A stretch of DNA of 64,000 nucleotides from a virus (taxonomy: Duplodnaviria; Caudoviricetes): the IMG/VR virus record IMGVR_UViG_3300022899_000001, positions 13,731 through 77,730 of that record; one strand, 5' to 3'. Below are positions 42,401-50,880 of this stretch, one piece after another. Numbering within the stretch: the stretch's first letter is position 1; each line of letters opens with the position of its first letter. The translations under genes were made by a program, and so were the position numbers. The notes under the pieces are model-generated. The model worked only from the letters and a program-made list of their open reading frames with translations, searched no databases and was not told the DNA's origin.

Positions 42401-45015
42401 AAGAACGCAAAGTCATCGGCCCGCAGACGCAGTTGTGGAAGAAGCTGACCGACCTCGTGAACTCCGGCTGGTTCGACTCAGCGAAGGTGGTTGAGGAATA
42501 CGCCAAGACCAAGGGGATGAAAGTTCCCACGGAAGCCGAGATCAAGCAGATGCGCGATTGGTCCATCCGCGAACAATCGTTGCGAAAGCCGACGCCGGAA
42601 GAAGTCAAGTTGTACGGCGACAAGGCGAACATTCTTGTCGAAGGCACGACGCTGGAGAAGCGGCAGGAATTGTTGCGCCAGATGAACACGCAATGGTCGC
42701 GCTGGACGCACCCAGTCGCCAGCCTGCGGCACCCGTCCACCTTCCTCGACCCAGTGAAGCGGTACAACTCCGCTATGGCCGCGAACGAGTGGCTCACCGC
42801 GAACCTGTTACTGAAGCTAGGATTTGGCACTCGTCAAGTGATAGACGTAGCCACACAGATGATGCTGCATACGCCGACTCGCGCAGCGCAATACGCCTTC
42901 GAGCAATGGGGCAATGACAAGACTGCTGGGCGTGACTCGAATTTGTTGAACAATCTGTCTCAGGCGATGACCGACGCCTACCGGACGCGCCTGAAAGTGC
43001 TGGGTGACACGCTGGCGTCGTTCAAGCGCACGCTGGCGGGCAAGGGCGAGCAGAAGAACGTCGAGCAGTTGATTTCCTCCATCGCCGTGTTTGACCGGGC
43101 TTTGATGAAGGCGGATGAGATGAAGGCGGCTGGCAAACCCGCTGCCGCACGCTTCCTGCATCTGCTGGCGTTGACCATGCGGTTTGGCCGGCAGTTCGCC
43201 GCTGCTGCCGACGTGATTCAGGGTGTGCCGGCTGAGGCGCAGGAAATGGCGCACCAGATCAGGACCGGACTGCGCGAACAGGGCAAGAGTCCGGGACAGC
43301 AGGAAGTGGAGTTCAACACGATTCTCGGATTGCTGACGACGGCCCGCGTCGAGTCGCTGGCGCAGGCACGGCAGATTCTTGAGGATCGCGGGTTGGACCT
43401 CAACAACGCCTCCATCCAGCGGGCAGCGTGGCATATCCTGCGCGAGAAGATTTATAGCATGGCCAAGACTGCCGGCCTGCCTGCGGACGAGTGGAAGATT
43501 CAGAATCATTACTACCGGAATGTGCTCGGCTGGAATGAGCCGGAGTCGCAGGGCTTTGGCGCCATCGGTGGGCCGGGCGGACTCGTGGCTATGGGCGCCA
43601 AGGGCGGAAAGGAAGTTATGTCCAAGACTGGACTACCCGCCTTCCCGTTCGTGTTCGGTAACGCGATGGGGATTTCGCTCAACCGCAAGCTGGCTTACAC
43701 GCCGCTGGGCTTGTTCCCCGGTTTCTTCAAAGGTTCGCCGTGGTTCGAGGGTGAGCGCAACATCCGGCAGCGAAAGATCGAGGCTGTCATTGGCACAACC
43801 ATCGGAAGTACGCTATTTACTCTGGCCGCGCTGGGGATTTGGACTGTCCTGCCGCGCAAATGGCCTGAAGATGAGAAGGAGAAGGCCAAATGGACGGCCA
43901 ACGGCTGGCAACCGAACATGCTCATCATTCCTGTCAGCGACACGCAGGAAATGAAGATCAGCACGCGGGTTGGCCCGATGTCGCTGTTTTCACCCTACCT
44001 CGCGGCGGGCGGGGCCTTCCACGACGCCACCGTGGAACAAGCGAAGAAGCAGGAGGCTTTGAATGAGCGTGCGGCCAAGCTCGGACTCACGCCGGAGAAG
44101 TTGGACGGGTTGGATCCCAGCCAGTGGCTTAACGTTATCGGCTCGGCGGCCTATTCGTCGGCGGTAGGCGGTAGAACTACGAGTGGGATGCTAGGTAGTT
44201 ATACGGATTTCGGCCAGTTTTCGGCAAAAAAGGCGGGCGCGGCAGCGGCCAGCACGCTTGTCCCTGGATTACCCGGCTTTCAGGAGATCAGCCGCATGGC
44301 CGGCTCGAACATCAACCCAAAACTGGCTTCGTTCTGGGACCTGCTTGTGCCGTTGCCGACCAGTGACGCCAACCGGGTCAACATGCTGGGTGATCCGATG
44401 CGCAACGAGAACGATTTTGAGCGTATTTTCCAAGTCCTGAGCGGTGGAACGGCACCGTTGCCCGCCGACAAGGAGCAGTTCAACAAGAACCGGGCGTATT
44501 CCAACTTGTTTGCCAGCGATTTCCGACCGCCAGCCATCAATCCGTCGCGTGGCTACCAGTTCGGTGACGAGTTGCGCTCCATGACCGAAGCGGAGTTGCA
44601 GAAATACACGACTCTGCGCGGGAAAGAGTTTTCCGATGAACTCGGACGACTGGATTTGACCGGGTTGTCACCGGAAGCGGCGAAGAAAGCCGCGGCGTCA
44701 GCCTTCCAACGTGCTGAAACGCGGGCGTTGTCTGAGGTTGGGGCTGTGGCGCCGAGGGTATCGTCAGCCCGTGGAACATCTTTGGATGGCTCGAGTACCG
44801 CCGCTGGCCTATCCCTTCCCGGCAGCCGTAGCACGCGCACACGTCGCTACGGGCTATCGTCCATTCGACCAATCAGACTGCGCGGTTCCCGCACTCGCAC
44901 GCGCCGTATCAGCACGCGCCGAAGTCGTGTCAGTTTGAGCAGTCGGCCACGCGGCAGACGATCTTCGTTCCGTATGGCGAGAATTCGCCGTCCAAGTATT
45001 TCGCAGTTTGTGTGA
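36490..45015 (+). CDS. Giant internal virion / large polyvalent protein (2841 aa) with zincin-like domain
   Basis: RGWWDGQKIVINL...VLNHELIH...EWFA (HExxH at 40882-40896); PWQMT...LHRAAV motif; Arg/Ser-rich C-terminus. Confidence 0.75.
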   Translation: MPFSDTDELVYDTPKSSFSESDAPVEPPPQAIPADNQGGYLTEVARGLTQFVPAAIKTISTVGERQKFTPFGPTAREVADYALRKVGVEPAPGELPETRPIYKIGQRVEDVLNQAYPAVPEPERNLGHDVAAGLGQMASMLAGGVGARAAGATAKGAAGIATLLGGVQEFDDAFGRSRQRGDDPDTAFAKSLGYSTVAALIENHLGAGRILKKYFPDPAEAARKLSAWGVSKAVAGSLAVGFGEEGSQRFAQNWIVEGKPSLEGVVQEGAPGGIVQAIAELPATLLRTKGGRVRRPTQAQPTEETDATRTGIPIEAPGTQAPPVEEADRGIRVRDTAQNRMGAPAILAPPQAEAPVVATTPVAPLALPSVGESIEHPVVGQKFIVPRQLRLADAPVDTEVTVESVKRGPDTRGGSQTIEVRFSDGNTSGRNAGQQSDGTFVPVDDIVNQILSERKARPSPAPVAPAVVPPVVLPKIAPVVFKSLDPMNPSIGWFELTEPFTAPETGRTTAAGGRLNSNQIEQYGMSLEGPAKAAFEEAKKRTSVSNAPKEPSVAAGDQLTPVSEGTTPAAAPVNVPTPIANVPTPAPVAAKPAETLPQGKAWSVPWADGRARAWFKTKEAADEFYRQKLSENDVDGPPEIGEPTKGVKYADEKYQIPKAAKGSSESNIKADDLAGVLGEGAGGGAARTEGPIAISPTTPTVWKVSYTDLETRAAKRPFFKHVVYSEGATRQEAIDRVKSYHGNLSKWGEFRASKAEGKKADSFFRAPVEETPGPASDVSPKQSAQAEAGQSIVQTPSVAPVEQTVKLVADVGDEVTFTPSAKKGLAVSGIVQEIVNGGRGYNILSPLPNDPNRVVRVWLEDGRVEKKAAPDTASLLTVDVPFTDDARRRIKAVDLQQAQLRGEYQKIQDEIKSLEKTIKPQRGNAYSRSKIKASAKRLDVERFHALQKQARTIDEQLHALDESARVDRRLIDQSVSADVVNNPQKSLAQRLVHRVSLWQDQNPGARVPPELVKARDAELYRELKAVFPDATDAELLSMRDEAQRNAYFGDPITGSGIGPKLDIQTSRRAALDAAVNAPDIPKHLFSEAFRDKLNRYRTGDRPYGGKIDPNAPVEPLSATVLAELKADIQSETTRIREELAATEKKNAEEKAANEAQEAKLIRAAETEAASAKGIPAKQVKSELVSRIKKAIDDLVASDEITLTKNDEGTYAAQGKGGGFSFGEIEPAGSGRFKVTTWQPGDTKTKISAAVGSQAEAESIIKAMAAQGSGKVVIGVPGDGVFRLYKHGPSLLQVWSDARKIEVSSGGPNYRSVGGAEKPPSSIKTVADWNAAKEYHGLQASDEISTWSPALLEVAKKINPKNPETVNTAAVDKWIEKRRTEKSEGSASLTESTGAISEQSAQPIIAAWRKENPNAPEVQVVNRPEWTQTGSDGKQYGVRGWWDGQKIVINLAHVANADAVREVLNHELIHPLLDSAQGRAAIESAITQELGGDALAKIRQRYKQGATESDEQYQRRAMAEWFAQLKETTPTLWQRIVARIREFLSKLNVAGLSDDEIGRAILRNLESASEFQAQEAVGAASLGEESVPPWQMTQKDFAKKYYEANPEEREKAMRGIGVSAETLHRAAVRRAARAGIPIPEFNQRYLEGQASLTNEPVENEVRGSVIDPATGKWAEEAEPSGDIVQIAGIEYNILGKERLTPEQKAAADTRASDYVESLNLPGEADLSSGTQRGATDTNLVFKLESDGQNHDDAGEALLKHLTEQIQSQHQPGGDPAYVSSLVNFLNKNFNVGNLQGVFSDGMIQRLMEISVGESSWRGTMLRAITGITEDMGTVARNAKFFLRRTYENMFGGDLTRKIMDRIALNFRERFTGEEIERLYNENPKLQELFLGVVGRLKVKPSLRDVILEIFATPINKQDDIVERFVDTMVNKFSATPSEAARLKSEFSATFARSFAVAREKAQAKALATLLPEERKVIGPQTQLWKKLTDLVNSGWFDSAKVVEEYAKTKGMKVPTEAEIKQMRDWSIREQSLRKPTPEEVKLYGDKANILVEGTTLEKRQELLRQMNTQWSRWTHPVASLRHPSTFLDPVKRYNSAMAANEWLTANLLLKLGFGTRQVIDVATQMMLHTPTRAAQYAFEQWGNDKTAGRDSNLLNNLSQAMTDAYRTRLKVLGDTLASFKRTLAGKGEQKNVEQLISSIAVFDRALMKADEMKAAGKPAAARFLHLLALTMRFGRQFAAAADVIQGVPAEAQEMAHQIRTGLREQGKSPGQQEVEFNTILGLLTTARVESLAQARQILEDRGLDLNNASIQRAAWHILREKIYSMAKTAGLPADEWKIQNHYYRNVLGWNEPESQGFGAIGGPGGLVAMGAKGGKEVMSKTGLPAFPFVFGNAMGISLNRKLAYTPLGLFPGFFKGSPWFEGERNIRQRKIEAVIGTTIGSTLFTLAALGIWTVLPRKWPEDEKEKAKWTANGWQPNMLIIPVSDTQEMKISTRVGPMSLFSPYLAAGGAFHDATVEQAKKQEALNERAAKLGLTPEKLDGLDPSQWLNVIGSAAYSSAVGGRTTSGMLGSYTDFGQFSAKKAGAAAASTLVPGLPGFQEISRMAGSNINPKLASFWDLLVPLPTSDANRVNMLGDPMRNENDFERIFQVLSGGTAPLPADKEQFNKNRAYSNLFASDFRPPAINPSRGYQFGDELRSMTEAELQKYTTLRGKEFSDELGRLDLTGLSPEAAKKAAASAFQRAETRALSEVGAVAPRVSSARGTSLDGSSTAAGLSLPGSRSTRTRRYGLSSIRPIRLRGSRTRTRRISTRRSRVSLSSRPRGRRSSFRMARIRRPSISQFV

Positions 45016-45112
45016 GATTTCTGTTGACTCATTCCATGAAGCCTGATTAACTCGCCCGCATTGAGCGACTCTTGGACGAGCCGCGAAAATGAAATGTTAC
45101 GAATCCTAACAT

Positions 45113-45192
45113 CGCCAGCTTGTGACCCCGTAGGTTTTGCCATTGCGCGAGCGATGGCTTTTCCCTGCTCGTCCACACAGGCTGGCGTTTTT
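45113..45192 (+). promoter_or_regulatory. Structured leader/terminator-like element upstream of the replication gene
   Basis: Outer stem CGCCAGCTTGTG/CACAGGCTGGCG, inner hairpin GCCATTGC-GCGA-GCGATGGC, then TTTTT. Confidence 0.45.
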
Positions 45193-45197
45193 AGGGT

Positions 45198-46133
45198 TTG
45201 TCGGTGAATCCACCTGCATTTCAATTCTACGCTGATGACTTCATCGCCGGTACTGGCGATATGACCACACGCGAGGTAGGAGTTTACATACGGCTTCTGT
45301 GCTTCCAATGGGGTAAGGGTTCGCTTCCCAATGATGAAACAAGGCTGTTTATGATGGCCAAAACCAACAACGAACCAGACAACGAAGCGGCGGTTCGTTA
45401 TGTCGTATCGAACAAGTTCGTTGTTGGAGATGATGGACGGCTAAGAAACGCTCGCATGGAACAAGTTAGGTGTGAATCTGAGCAATGGAGAAAAAGAAGC
45501 TCAAACGGAGGTAAAGCCTCTGCTGCCAATAGGATTGGTGATTCTTCTTGGGGAAAACGAATGGCCGAGCAACGAACCAAGAACGAAGCGGATAACGAAG
45601 CACACAACGAACCGAAGCAACGAACGACAACGAACCCTCCTTCTCCGTCTCCTACTCCAGTACATAAAGAAGGAGACGCTTCGCTTTCTAGTGCGGCTTT
45701 GATAGCTGAAATCTTCGAGGCATGGAACAGCACGAAAGGTCTTACACAGTGTTTGCTCGTATCTGACAAGCGACGAAGATCGCTTTCAATCAGAATCCGC
45801 GAGCCGTTCTTTGCTCAGAACTGGCGCAAGGCGATTGATCGTGTTGCGTCGTCCCGATTCTGCCAGGGGGAATCTGAGCGTGGCTGGAAAGCCACTTTTG
45901 ATTGGTTCATCACTCCAGATGCCGTGACAAAAATAATGGAAGGAAAGTATGACAACCGGAACGGAACCCAAATCAGCAAGCCAAATCCTCGCAACTTCGG
46001 AATTGTTGTCGGCCCCACCGACTACGCCACCGCCGTCCCAAGAAAGCAGCGGGAACTCGAAGCCCAACGAGCAGCAAAGGCGAGCATGGCTGGAAAAGTG
46101 GCTCCGGCTGAGAATCACGCACCCACAACTTGA
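45198..46133 (+). CDS. Replication initiator (YdaU/DUF1376-like N-terminus)
   Basis: PAFQFYADDFIAGT..MTTREVGVYIRLLCFQW; C-terminal GWKATFDWFI; likely start GTG 45204. Confidence 0.8.
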   Translation: MSVNPPAFQFYADDFIAGTGDMTTREVGVYIRLLCFQWGKGSLPNDETRLFMMAKTNNEPDNEAAVRYVVSNKFVVGDDGRLRNARMEQVRCESEQWRKRSSNGGKASAANRIGDSSWGKRMAEQRTKNEADNEAHNEPKQRTTTNPPSPSPTPVHKEGDASLSSAALIAEIFEAWNSTKGLTQCLLVSDKRRRSLSIRIREPFFAQNWRKAIDRVASSRFCQGESERGWKATFDWFITPDAVTKIMEGKYDNRNGTQISKPNPRNFGIVVGPTDYATAVPRKQRELEAQRAAKASMAGKVAPAENHAPTT

Positions 46134-46683
46134 GGCAGCGGCCCAGCGGATTTACTCAATTTGCGCCGAGTATGCAAAAAGCCCGGCGCATGGAAGGACC
46201 ATTGTGATCATCGGTGAGAACGGCGCCGGTAAAAGCCACATAGCCAACAGGATTGCGTATTGGGCGCAGCGAATCGCCATGAAAATCCCGATGGTTGATC
46301 ATCCCGACATCGGATTGGGTTCGCCTTCGGTCGCCTATGCGCTCTGGCCTGACATTGTGGATGGGTTCAAAAAGGATCAATGGGATGTTGTGGACGACAT
46401 TCAAAAGGCTGCATTGCTGATTCTGGATGACATCGGCGCCGAACACGACCCGTCAAAGATTGGCGTTGAAAAACTCTACATTCTTCTGAGCCGGCGCGAA
46501 TTCAAGTGGAACATCATCACGACGAACGTTGCTCCTTCCGCGTGGCCGGAGAAGTTCGAGCGGCGTATCTCATCGCGGTTGTTTCGCAATGCGGAGCACG
46601 TTGATTTGTCACAGGTGCCCGACTATTCAACAACGCCTCTCGATGAAGGTGTGACAAACCGCCTGCCCTACAAGGACATATGA
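45949..46683 (+). CDS. DnaC/IstB-like AAA+ helicase loader
   Basis: GENGAGKS Walker A, LLILDDIGAE Walker B, ITTN, RISSRL. Confidence 0.85.
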   Translation: MTTGTEPKSASQILATSELLSAPPTTPPPSQESSGNSKPNEQQRRAWLEKWLRLRITHPQLEAAAQRIYSICAEYAKSPAHGRTIVIIGENGAGKSHIANRIAYWAQRIAMKIPMVDHPDIGLGSPSVAYALWPDIVDGFKKDQWDVVDDIQKAALLILDDIGAEHDPSKIGVEKLYILLSRREFKWNIITTNVAPSAWPEKFERRISSRLFRNAEHVDLSQVPDYSTTPLDEGVTNRLPYKDI

Positions 46684-46865
46684 CCGCAACCGACTACACC
46701 AAAGCAAGACGCAAGGCATGGGTAGAATCCGGCCTGACGACAAGTGGAACGGAGCGAATCAACAAGAGGCATCCTGAGTTAGTTGGGCTGACTGGCAATG
46801 ATTACGCCCGCGAGTTTATGAGGAAGCAAAGAAAGTCCGACCGCGAAGCGTGGGAGCAAATATGA
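46680..46865 (+). CDS. Small hypothetical protein
   Basis: 61 aa, ATGA-coupled. Confidence 0.5.
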   Translation: MTATDYTKARRKAWVESGLTTSGTERINKRHPELVGLTGNDYAREFMRKQRKSDREAWEQI

Positions 46866-46936
46866 ATGCAACAGAACTCCATCTCAAAAACTGGCCAGTC
46901 TCGAAACGAATCGTTTACCGTTTGAAGTGACTAGTT

Positions 46937-47137
46937 ATGCGCGAACTTACTGACGACGAAGATGTGTATTGGGTGAGGACAGACGATAAAAGCGGCAAAG
47001 TCACCGCCGCTCTTGTTGAAAAACACTTCTCAAAAGAAGAACTGGAAAATGAACTGGACGACATGCGCCGCCTCGGTCCTGTGCGCAGAATACTGGCCAG
47101 CCGAGTGACCATCGGCGAGGCACTCAGGGCAACATGA
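46937..47137 (+). CDS. Small hypothetical protein
   Basis: 66 aa, coupled to the next gene. Confidence 0.5.
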   Translation: MRELTDDEDVYWVRTDDKSGKVTAALVEKHFSKEELENELDDMRRLGPVRRILASRVTIGEALRAT

Positions 47138-47334
47138 AGCTCCCCCTCGCCACAGCCAAGATCAGAAAAGGATACGGCGGAACGTTCCGGGCGTTGAAGC
47201 CGGGAGAGATTCTTGAGGAAGGCGACGTTGAGATCGGCCCGACGTTTGTAAACGAAGTGCTGGAGAAATACGCAGGGCAAGCAGTCAAGCCCGGCGAGGC
47301 CATCATTCGGCTGGAGTTTGATACGAAGTGGTGA
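47134..47334 (+). CDS. Small hypothetical protein
   Basis: 66 aa, ATGA-coupled. Confidence 0.5.
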   Translation: MKLPLATAKIRKGYGGTFRALKPGEILEEGDVEIGPTFVNEVLEKYAGQAVKPGEAIIRLEFDTKW

Positions 47335-48116
47335 GCACGGCAATCATATCGCTTATGCGTTTAGGTGACATAACCAATAATTTTCCTGTGGCCCGCGACA
47401 TCTTCCTTCGCACGGGAGAGAAGCCTGATTGGTACGTGAATCTTCACTATGCCTCCCTGTTCGGCGGAATCGGATATTGTAGCCCGGTGAAGGTTCAATT
47501 TGCTCCCGACCGCTCCGACTTGGCCGTTGATCTGGCACAGAAAAAACATGCAACGGTGTTGATGATGCAGACGTTCGGCAAGCGGTGGCACGGAAAAGCC
47601 ACGCCATGCTGCTACAACCGGCTGGCGTGGACTCATGTTGGCTACGGAGATAAATTCGATGACGTTGAAAATTATCCCTTGGTCTTTGACCGTCGCGACC
47701 CCAGCCGCGAAGCCCGCTTGGTCAGCCGCACACTAACGTCAGACAACAAACCCGTGCTACTCCTGAGCCTCAGTTGTGGCCGCAGTTCCCCCTTCGCCGC
47801 GCATCACGCCTTCACTTACTCCATCCGGCGAAAATGGTCGGCGCACTTCCAGATCATTGACCTGTGCAATGTCAGGGCCGCACGCGCCTACGATGTCCTG
47901 GCGCTGCTGGAAAAAGCCGCGCTGCTCATCACGGGCGATTCATTCTGCGTGCATCTGGCCGCAGCGGTGCAAAAGCTGCCCGTCATCTTCCTGTGCAACG
48001 ACCAGCCGTTTCTGGCGAGCGATACGCGGTGCAACTGCGTGTTGCGGCTCAAGTATTCCGAGTGGCACGGGAGGATCAAGGAAGTGCATCAGACGGTTTC
48101 ACGTTACCTACAATGA
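47328..48116 (+). CDS. GT9-like (heptosyltransferase-type, GT-B) glycosyltransferase
   Basis: SLMRLGDITNNFP at the N-terminus; LLITGDSFCVHLAAAV..PVIFL. Confidence 0.7.
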   Translation: MVSTAIISLMRLGDITNNFPVARDIFLRTGEKPDWYVNLHYASLFGGIGYCSPVKVQFAPDRSDLAVDLAQKKHATVLMMQTFGKRWHGKATPCCYNRLAWTHVGYGDKFDDVENYPLVFDRRDPSREARLVSRTLTSDNKPVLLLSLSCGRSSPFAAHHAFTYSIRRKWSAHFQIIDLCNVRAARAYDVLALLEKAALLITGDSFCVHLAAAVQKLPVIFLCNDQPFLASDTRCNCVLRLKYSEWHGRIKEVHQTVSRYLQ

Positions 48117-48304
48117 AAAAACGCACAGACACCCAAATCATTGACGCCTTGGAAGCTCTGCCGTGCCGTGTGGACATCATCTATAAAATGGGTGAGCCTC
48201 GGTCTGACTCCGCCCCTCCATTGCGCGATCAAATCAACCTCTTCCTCGACGAAGAACTCAAGCACCATCGCAAATCATCATGCACGGCGACAAAACCAAA
48301 CTAG
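48113..48304 (+). CDS. Small hypothetical protein
   Basis: ATGA overlap with the GT9 gene; 63 aa. Confidence 0.45.
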   Translation: MKKRTDTQIIDALEALPCRVDIIYKMGEPRSDSAPPLRDQINLFLDEELKHHRKSSCTATKPN

Positions 48305-48555
48305 CCACACGTGAATTACTCAAAGGCAAACTGCCGAAGGAGATCGTGCGCGAATTCGGGATTGATTCGTCGTCCATCCGAAATGCCGCTCGCAAGATGG
48401 GAATGCCTCCGTTCAAACGAGGCCGGGCACGCGGACATATATGCCCACATATACCTGCTGCGATTCTGCTGCGTAGGGGCGGGGCGACGCTGAAAGCCAT
48501 CGGTCTTAAATTTGGAGTGACAAAACAACGCGTATCGCAATGGCTAAAACCATGA
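48280..48555 (+). CDS. Tandem HTH DNA-binding protein
   Basis: PKEIVREFGIDSSSI and TLKAIGLKFGVTKQRVSQW. Confidence 0.65.
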   Translation: MHGDKTKLATRELLKGKLPKEIVREFGIDSSSIRNAARKMGMPPFKRGRARGHICPHIPAAILLRRGGATLKAIGLKFGVTKQRVSQWLKP

Positions 48556-48928
48556 AACCCGAATCCGAACAAGAGCCGCTAGACAGGAAGATTATAAGGA
48601 GCTTCAAGGTTTTGGTTTACGCCGTTGGAATCATGGCGTGGTTGACCACGACGTTCGTTAATTGCCATGTTGACAAATCCGAGAAGAAAATCCTCGAAGC
48701 AATCGAGCAGTTGAAAACCAAACCGTGAAGGCTCTCAAAATCATAGCATTTTTCTGTGTCGCGTTCGCTGCCTCGATGGTGCTGCTCGGCGCAATCAGTT
48801 TACTTTTAGACTTCATGTGGTGGGCGGCTGGGAAAATCCCATCGGCAGGAGTAGCCGCGATCATATCAGTGGTGTGGGCAGTATGGTTCACTCTCTACGC
48901 CTACAGATTTAATAAAACCAAACCATGA
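48552..48928 (+). CDS. Two small membrane proteins (48552-48728, 48725-48928)
   Basis: One and two hydrophobic segments; coupled overlaps. Confidence 0.45.
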
Positions 48929-49317
48929 AAACCATCATCGCCCTAATCGCCCTCGCCAACCTGATACTGACATGAACGAAATCGAATTCTATTTGGTGCG
49001 CCTCTACCTCCGTCGTGGCGGCTGGCGAATCACATTGCTGGAAATCTTCAACTTCGACAGCGGCTCGAATTGGGCGCTGCTTTGTTTCGCCTGGGACAAG
49101 TCTGAAGGCGCATCTATTACTGTTGGAGCATTATGACCTCAGCCAAACGCCAGGAGCTTGAACGCCGCGTGGCGATCCTCGAATCACTCACAAAAAAGAT
49201 TCGCGAGATCATCGCGCAACGGCAGGCTCAGGCGGGACCGCAACATGCCGATGACTCGCACACTGAGGCGACGTGGCAGGGCAAAACGATTCATCGCAAC
49301 AACGGGACTGGCGTATG

Positions 49318-49664
49318 AGCACACCCTACAACCTGCCAGATGGCGTTTTGATTCGTGATCTTGAAGATGACTGGCACACCATTCCAGACTGGAACGAGCG
49401 GGAATACGAGAAAGAGTTGGAGAAAGAAGAACAGAAACTCGACATCGAAAGGAACGATTTATGACTGTGAAGCCTGATATGAGCACGGCTGAATTCGTAA
49501 AACTTTCGAGACTCCAAGATGCCCACATGGAAGGGTATGAATCTGCCAGAGACGCTCGCTTGCCGTATATCTCTAAGCGTTGGAGTTCACCAGACCTGAG
49601 AGATGCGTGGATCACTGGCTACGTCACTGAACTACGCAACCGCCTAGAAGCTCCAGACCGATGA
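49318..49664 (+). CDS. Two small hypothetical proteins (49318-49464, 49461-49664)
   Basis: Chain of ATGA overlaps. Confidence 0.45.
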
Positions 49665-50038
49665 AGCCTCAAATTTACGTCGGCACGTACCGACTCTGCT
49701 CCAGCAACGTTGATCTCTACGCTTTGACGCACGAGAACAACGGCTACTTTTATGGAGCGCCGGATGACAATTCTTTGCCTCGAATCAAAGTCGGCATCTC
49801 GTCCATACATTGGGATCAAGTCGTCAACATACTCTTGCACGAATCCTTCGAGATGGCGCTGGACAACATCCGGGTTCGTTACGAGAAAAGCGGGTCATGC
49901 GGCGACATGGCGAGCTATCTTTTTTGCTTCGATCACTGCCAATTTGTAGAAGCCTGCGAGTCGGTATCGCGGTTCATCACGCCGGCGCTGCCGGAACTCG
50001 CGTCGGTTTACAAAAAGGCGCACCGAAAGAGAAAGTGA
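49661..50038 (+). CDS. Hypothetical protein with metallopeptidase-like LLHESFE motif
   Basis: PRIKVG...VNILLHESFEMAL. Confidence 0.5.
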   Translation: MKPQIYVGTYRLCSSNVDLYALTHENNGYFYGAPDDNSLPRIKVGISSIHWDQVVNILLHESFEMALDNIRVRYEKSGSCGDMASYLFCFDHCQFVEACESVSRFITPALPELASVYKKAHRKRK

Positions 50039-50045
50039 CCAACGT

Positions 50046-50231
50046 ATGAAACAATCCGAAGCAGTCCGACAGGCGTTCATTGATGAAGCAACCAGACTCA
50101 ATCCACCGCAACCCAACATTCACGACGACGCTCTCGACAAGTGCGCCCGCATCGCCGCGTGGTGCTATGGCACGATCATCGCCGTGTTCCTGGCCTTGGG
50201 CGTCAGGATTGTGTGTAGGATGTTTTTATGA
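50046..50231 (+). CDS. Small membrane protein
   Basis: C-terminal hydrophobic helix. Confidence 0.45.
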   Translation: MKQSEAVRQAFIDEATRLNPPQPNIHDDALDKCARIAAWCYGTIIAVFLALGVRIVCRMFL

Positions 50232-50683
50232 GCGACAAAGAACTGCGCGAACTGGACGCTTGGATTGCCGAGCATGTGATGGACGTAAAGCGATTCGTCG
50301 GCGTCAAAAAGCGCGGTTACTGGTATCGTCCAAACGCGCATGGTTACACCGATAGGCAGGCAGAGGCTTGGTGGCTTACCCGCGACGAAGCGAAGAAGCA
50401 TGAATACTTGCGCGGTGACGAGCCTGTGACCATCTGCGAGTTTTCAACGCCGCTCTACACCACCGACCCCGCCGCCGCGATGCAGGTGTTGGAGAAGTGT
50501 GTTGCGGAATTAGAGTTGAAACGAGCCTTCCCTGCCATCGAGAAATACTCTGACCTTGACGGATTCCAAGGCTGGAAGGTGACAGCGTTATTCTCCAATG
50601 GAAATCAACAAACATTCTCAGAGGTTGCTGAAACGCTCCCTCTCGCCATCTGCCTTTTCGCCAAGCAACTGTTCTCCAAATGA
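50228..50683 (+). CDS. Phage ABA-sandwich-like (BC1872-like) protein
   Basis: ELDAWIAEHVM...PLYTTDPAAAMQVLEK...AETLPLAICLFA. Confidence 0.7.
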   Translation: MSDKELRELDAWIAEHVMDVKRFVGVKKRGYWYRPNAHGYTDRQAEAWWLTRDEAKKHEYLRGDEPVTICEFSTPLYTTDPAAAMQVLEKCVAELELKRAFPAIEKYSDLDGFQGWKVTALFSNGNQQTFSEVAETLPLAICLFAKQLFSK

Positions 50684-50880
50684 AACTCCCGCCCGGCACC
50701 CGCATCCGATTCACCAAGACCATCGAGGATCACGGTGAACTTGGTAGAATCTTCGCCACCCAAGGCGAGTCCGGCGTCATCACCGACCACACCTCCAAGG
50801 AAGGCTACGACGTGCGGACGGATGGGGATAGACGATGGTTTGGCGCCGAGAGAAAGGAGTTTGAGAAAGCTGATTTATGA
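50680..50880 (+). CDS. Small SH3-like hypothetical protein
   Basis: PGTRIRF...GESGVI...YDVRTDG; 66 aa. Confidence 0.45.
   Translation: MKLPPGTRIRFTKTIEDHGELGRIFATQGESGVITDHTSKEGYDVRTDGDRRWFGAERKEFEKADL

Noticed and set aside
41400-44700. Higher GC and cleaner codon usage in the C-terminal part of the giant gene as a separate insertion
   Set aside because: The frame is continuous and no boundaries or repeats were found; compatible with a conserved core versus variable middle.
48540-48935. Repeated AAAACC(AAACC)RTGA at three gene junctions
   Set aside because: Explained by A/C-rich translation-initiation context with stop/start overlap; no palindromic att structure.
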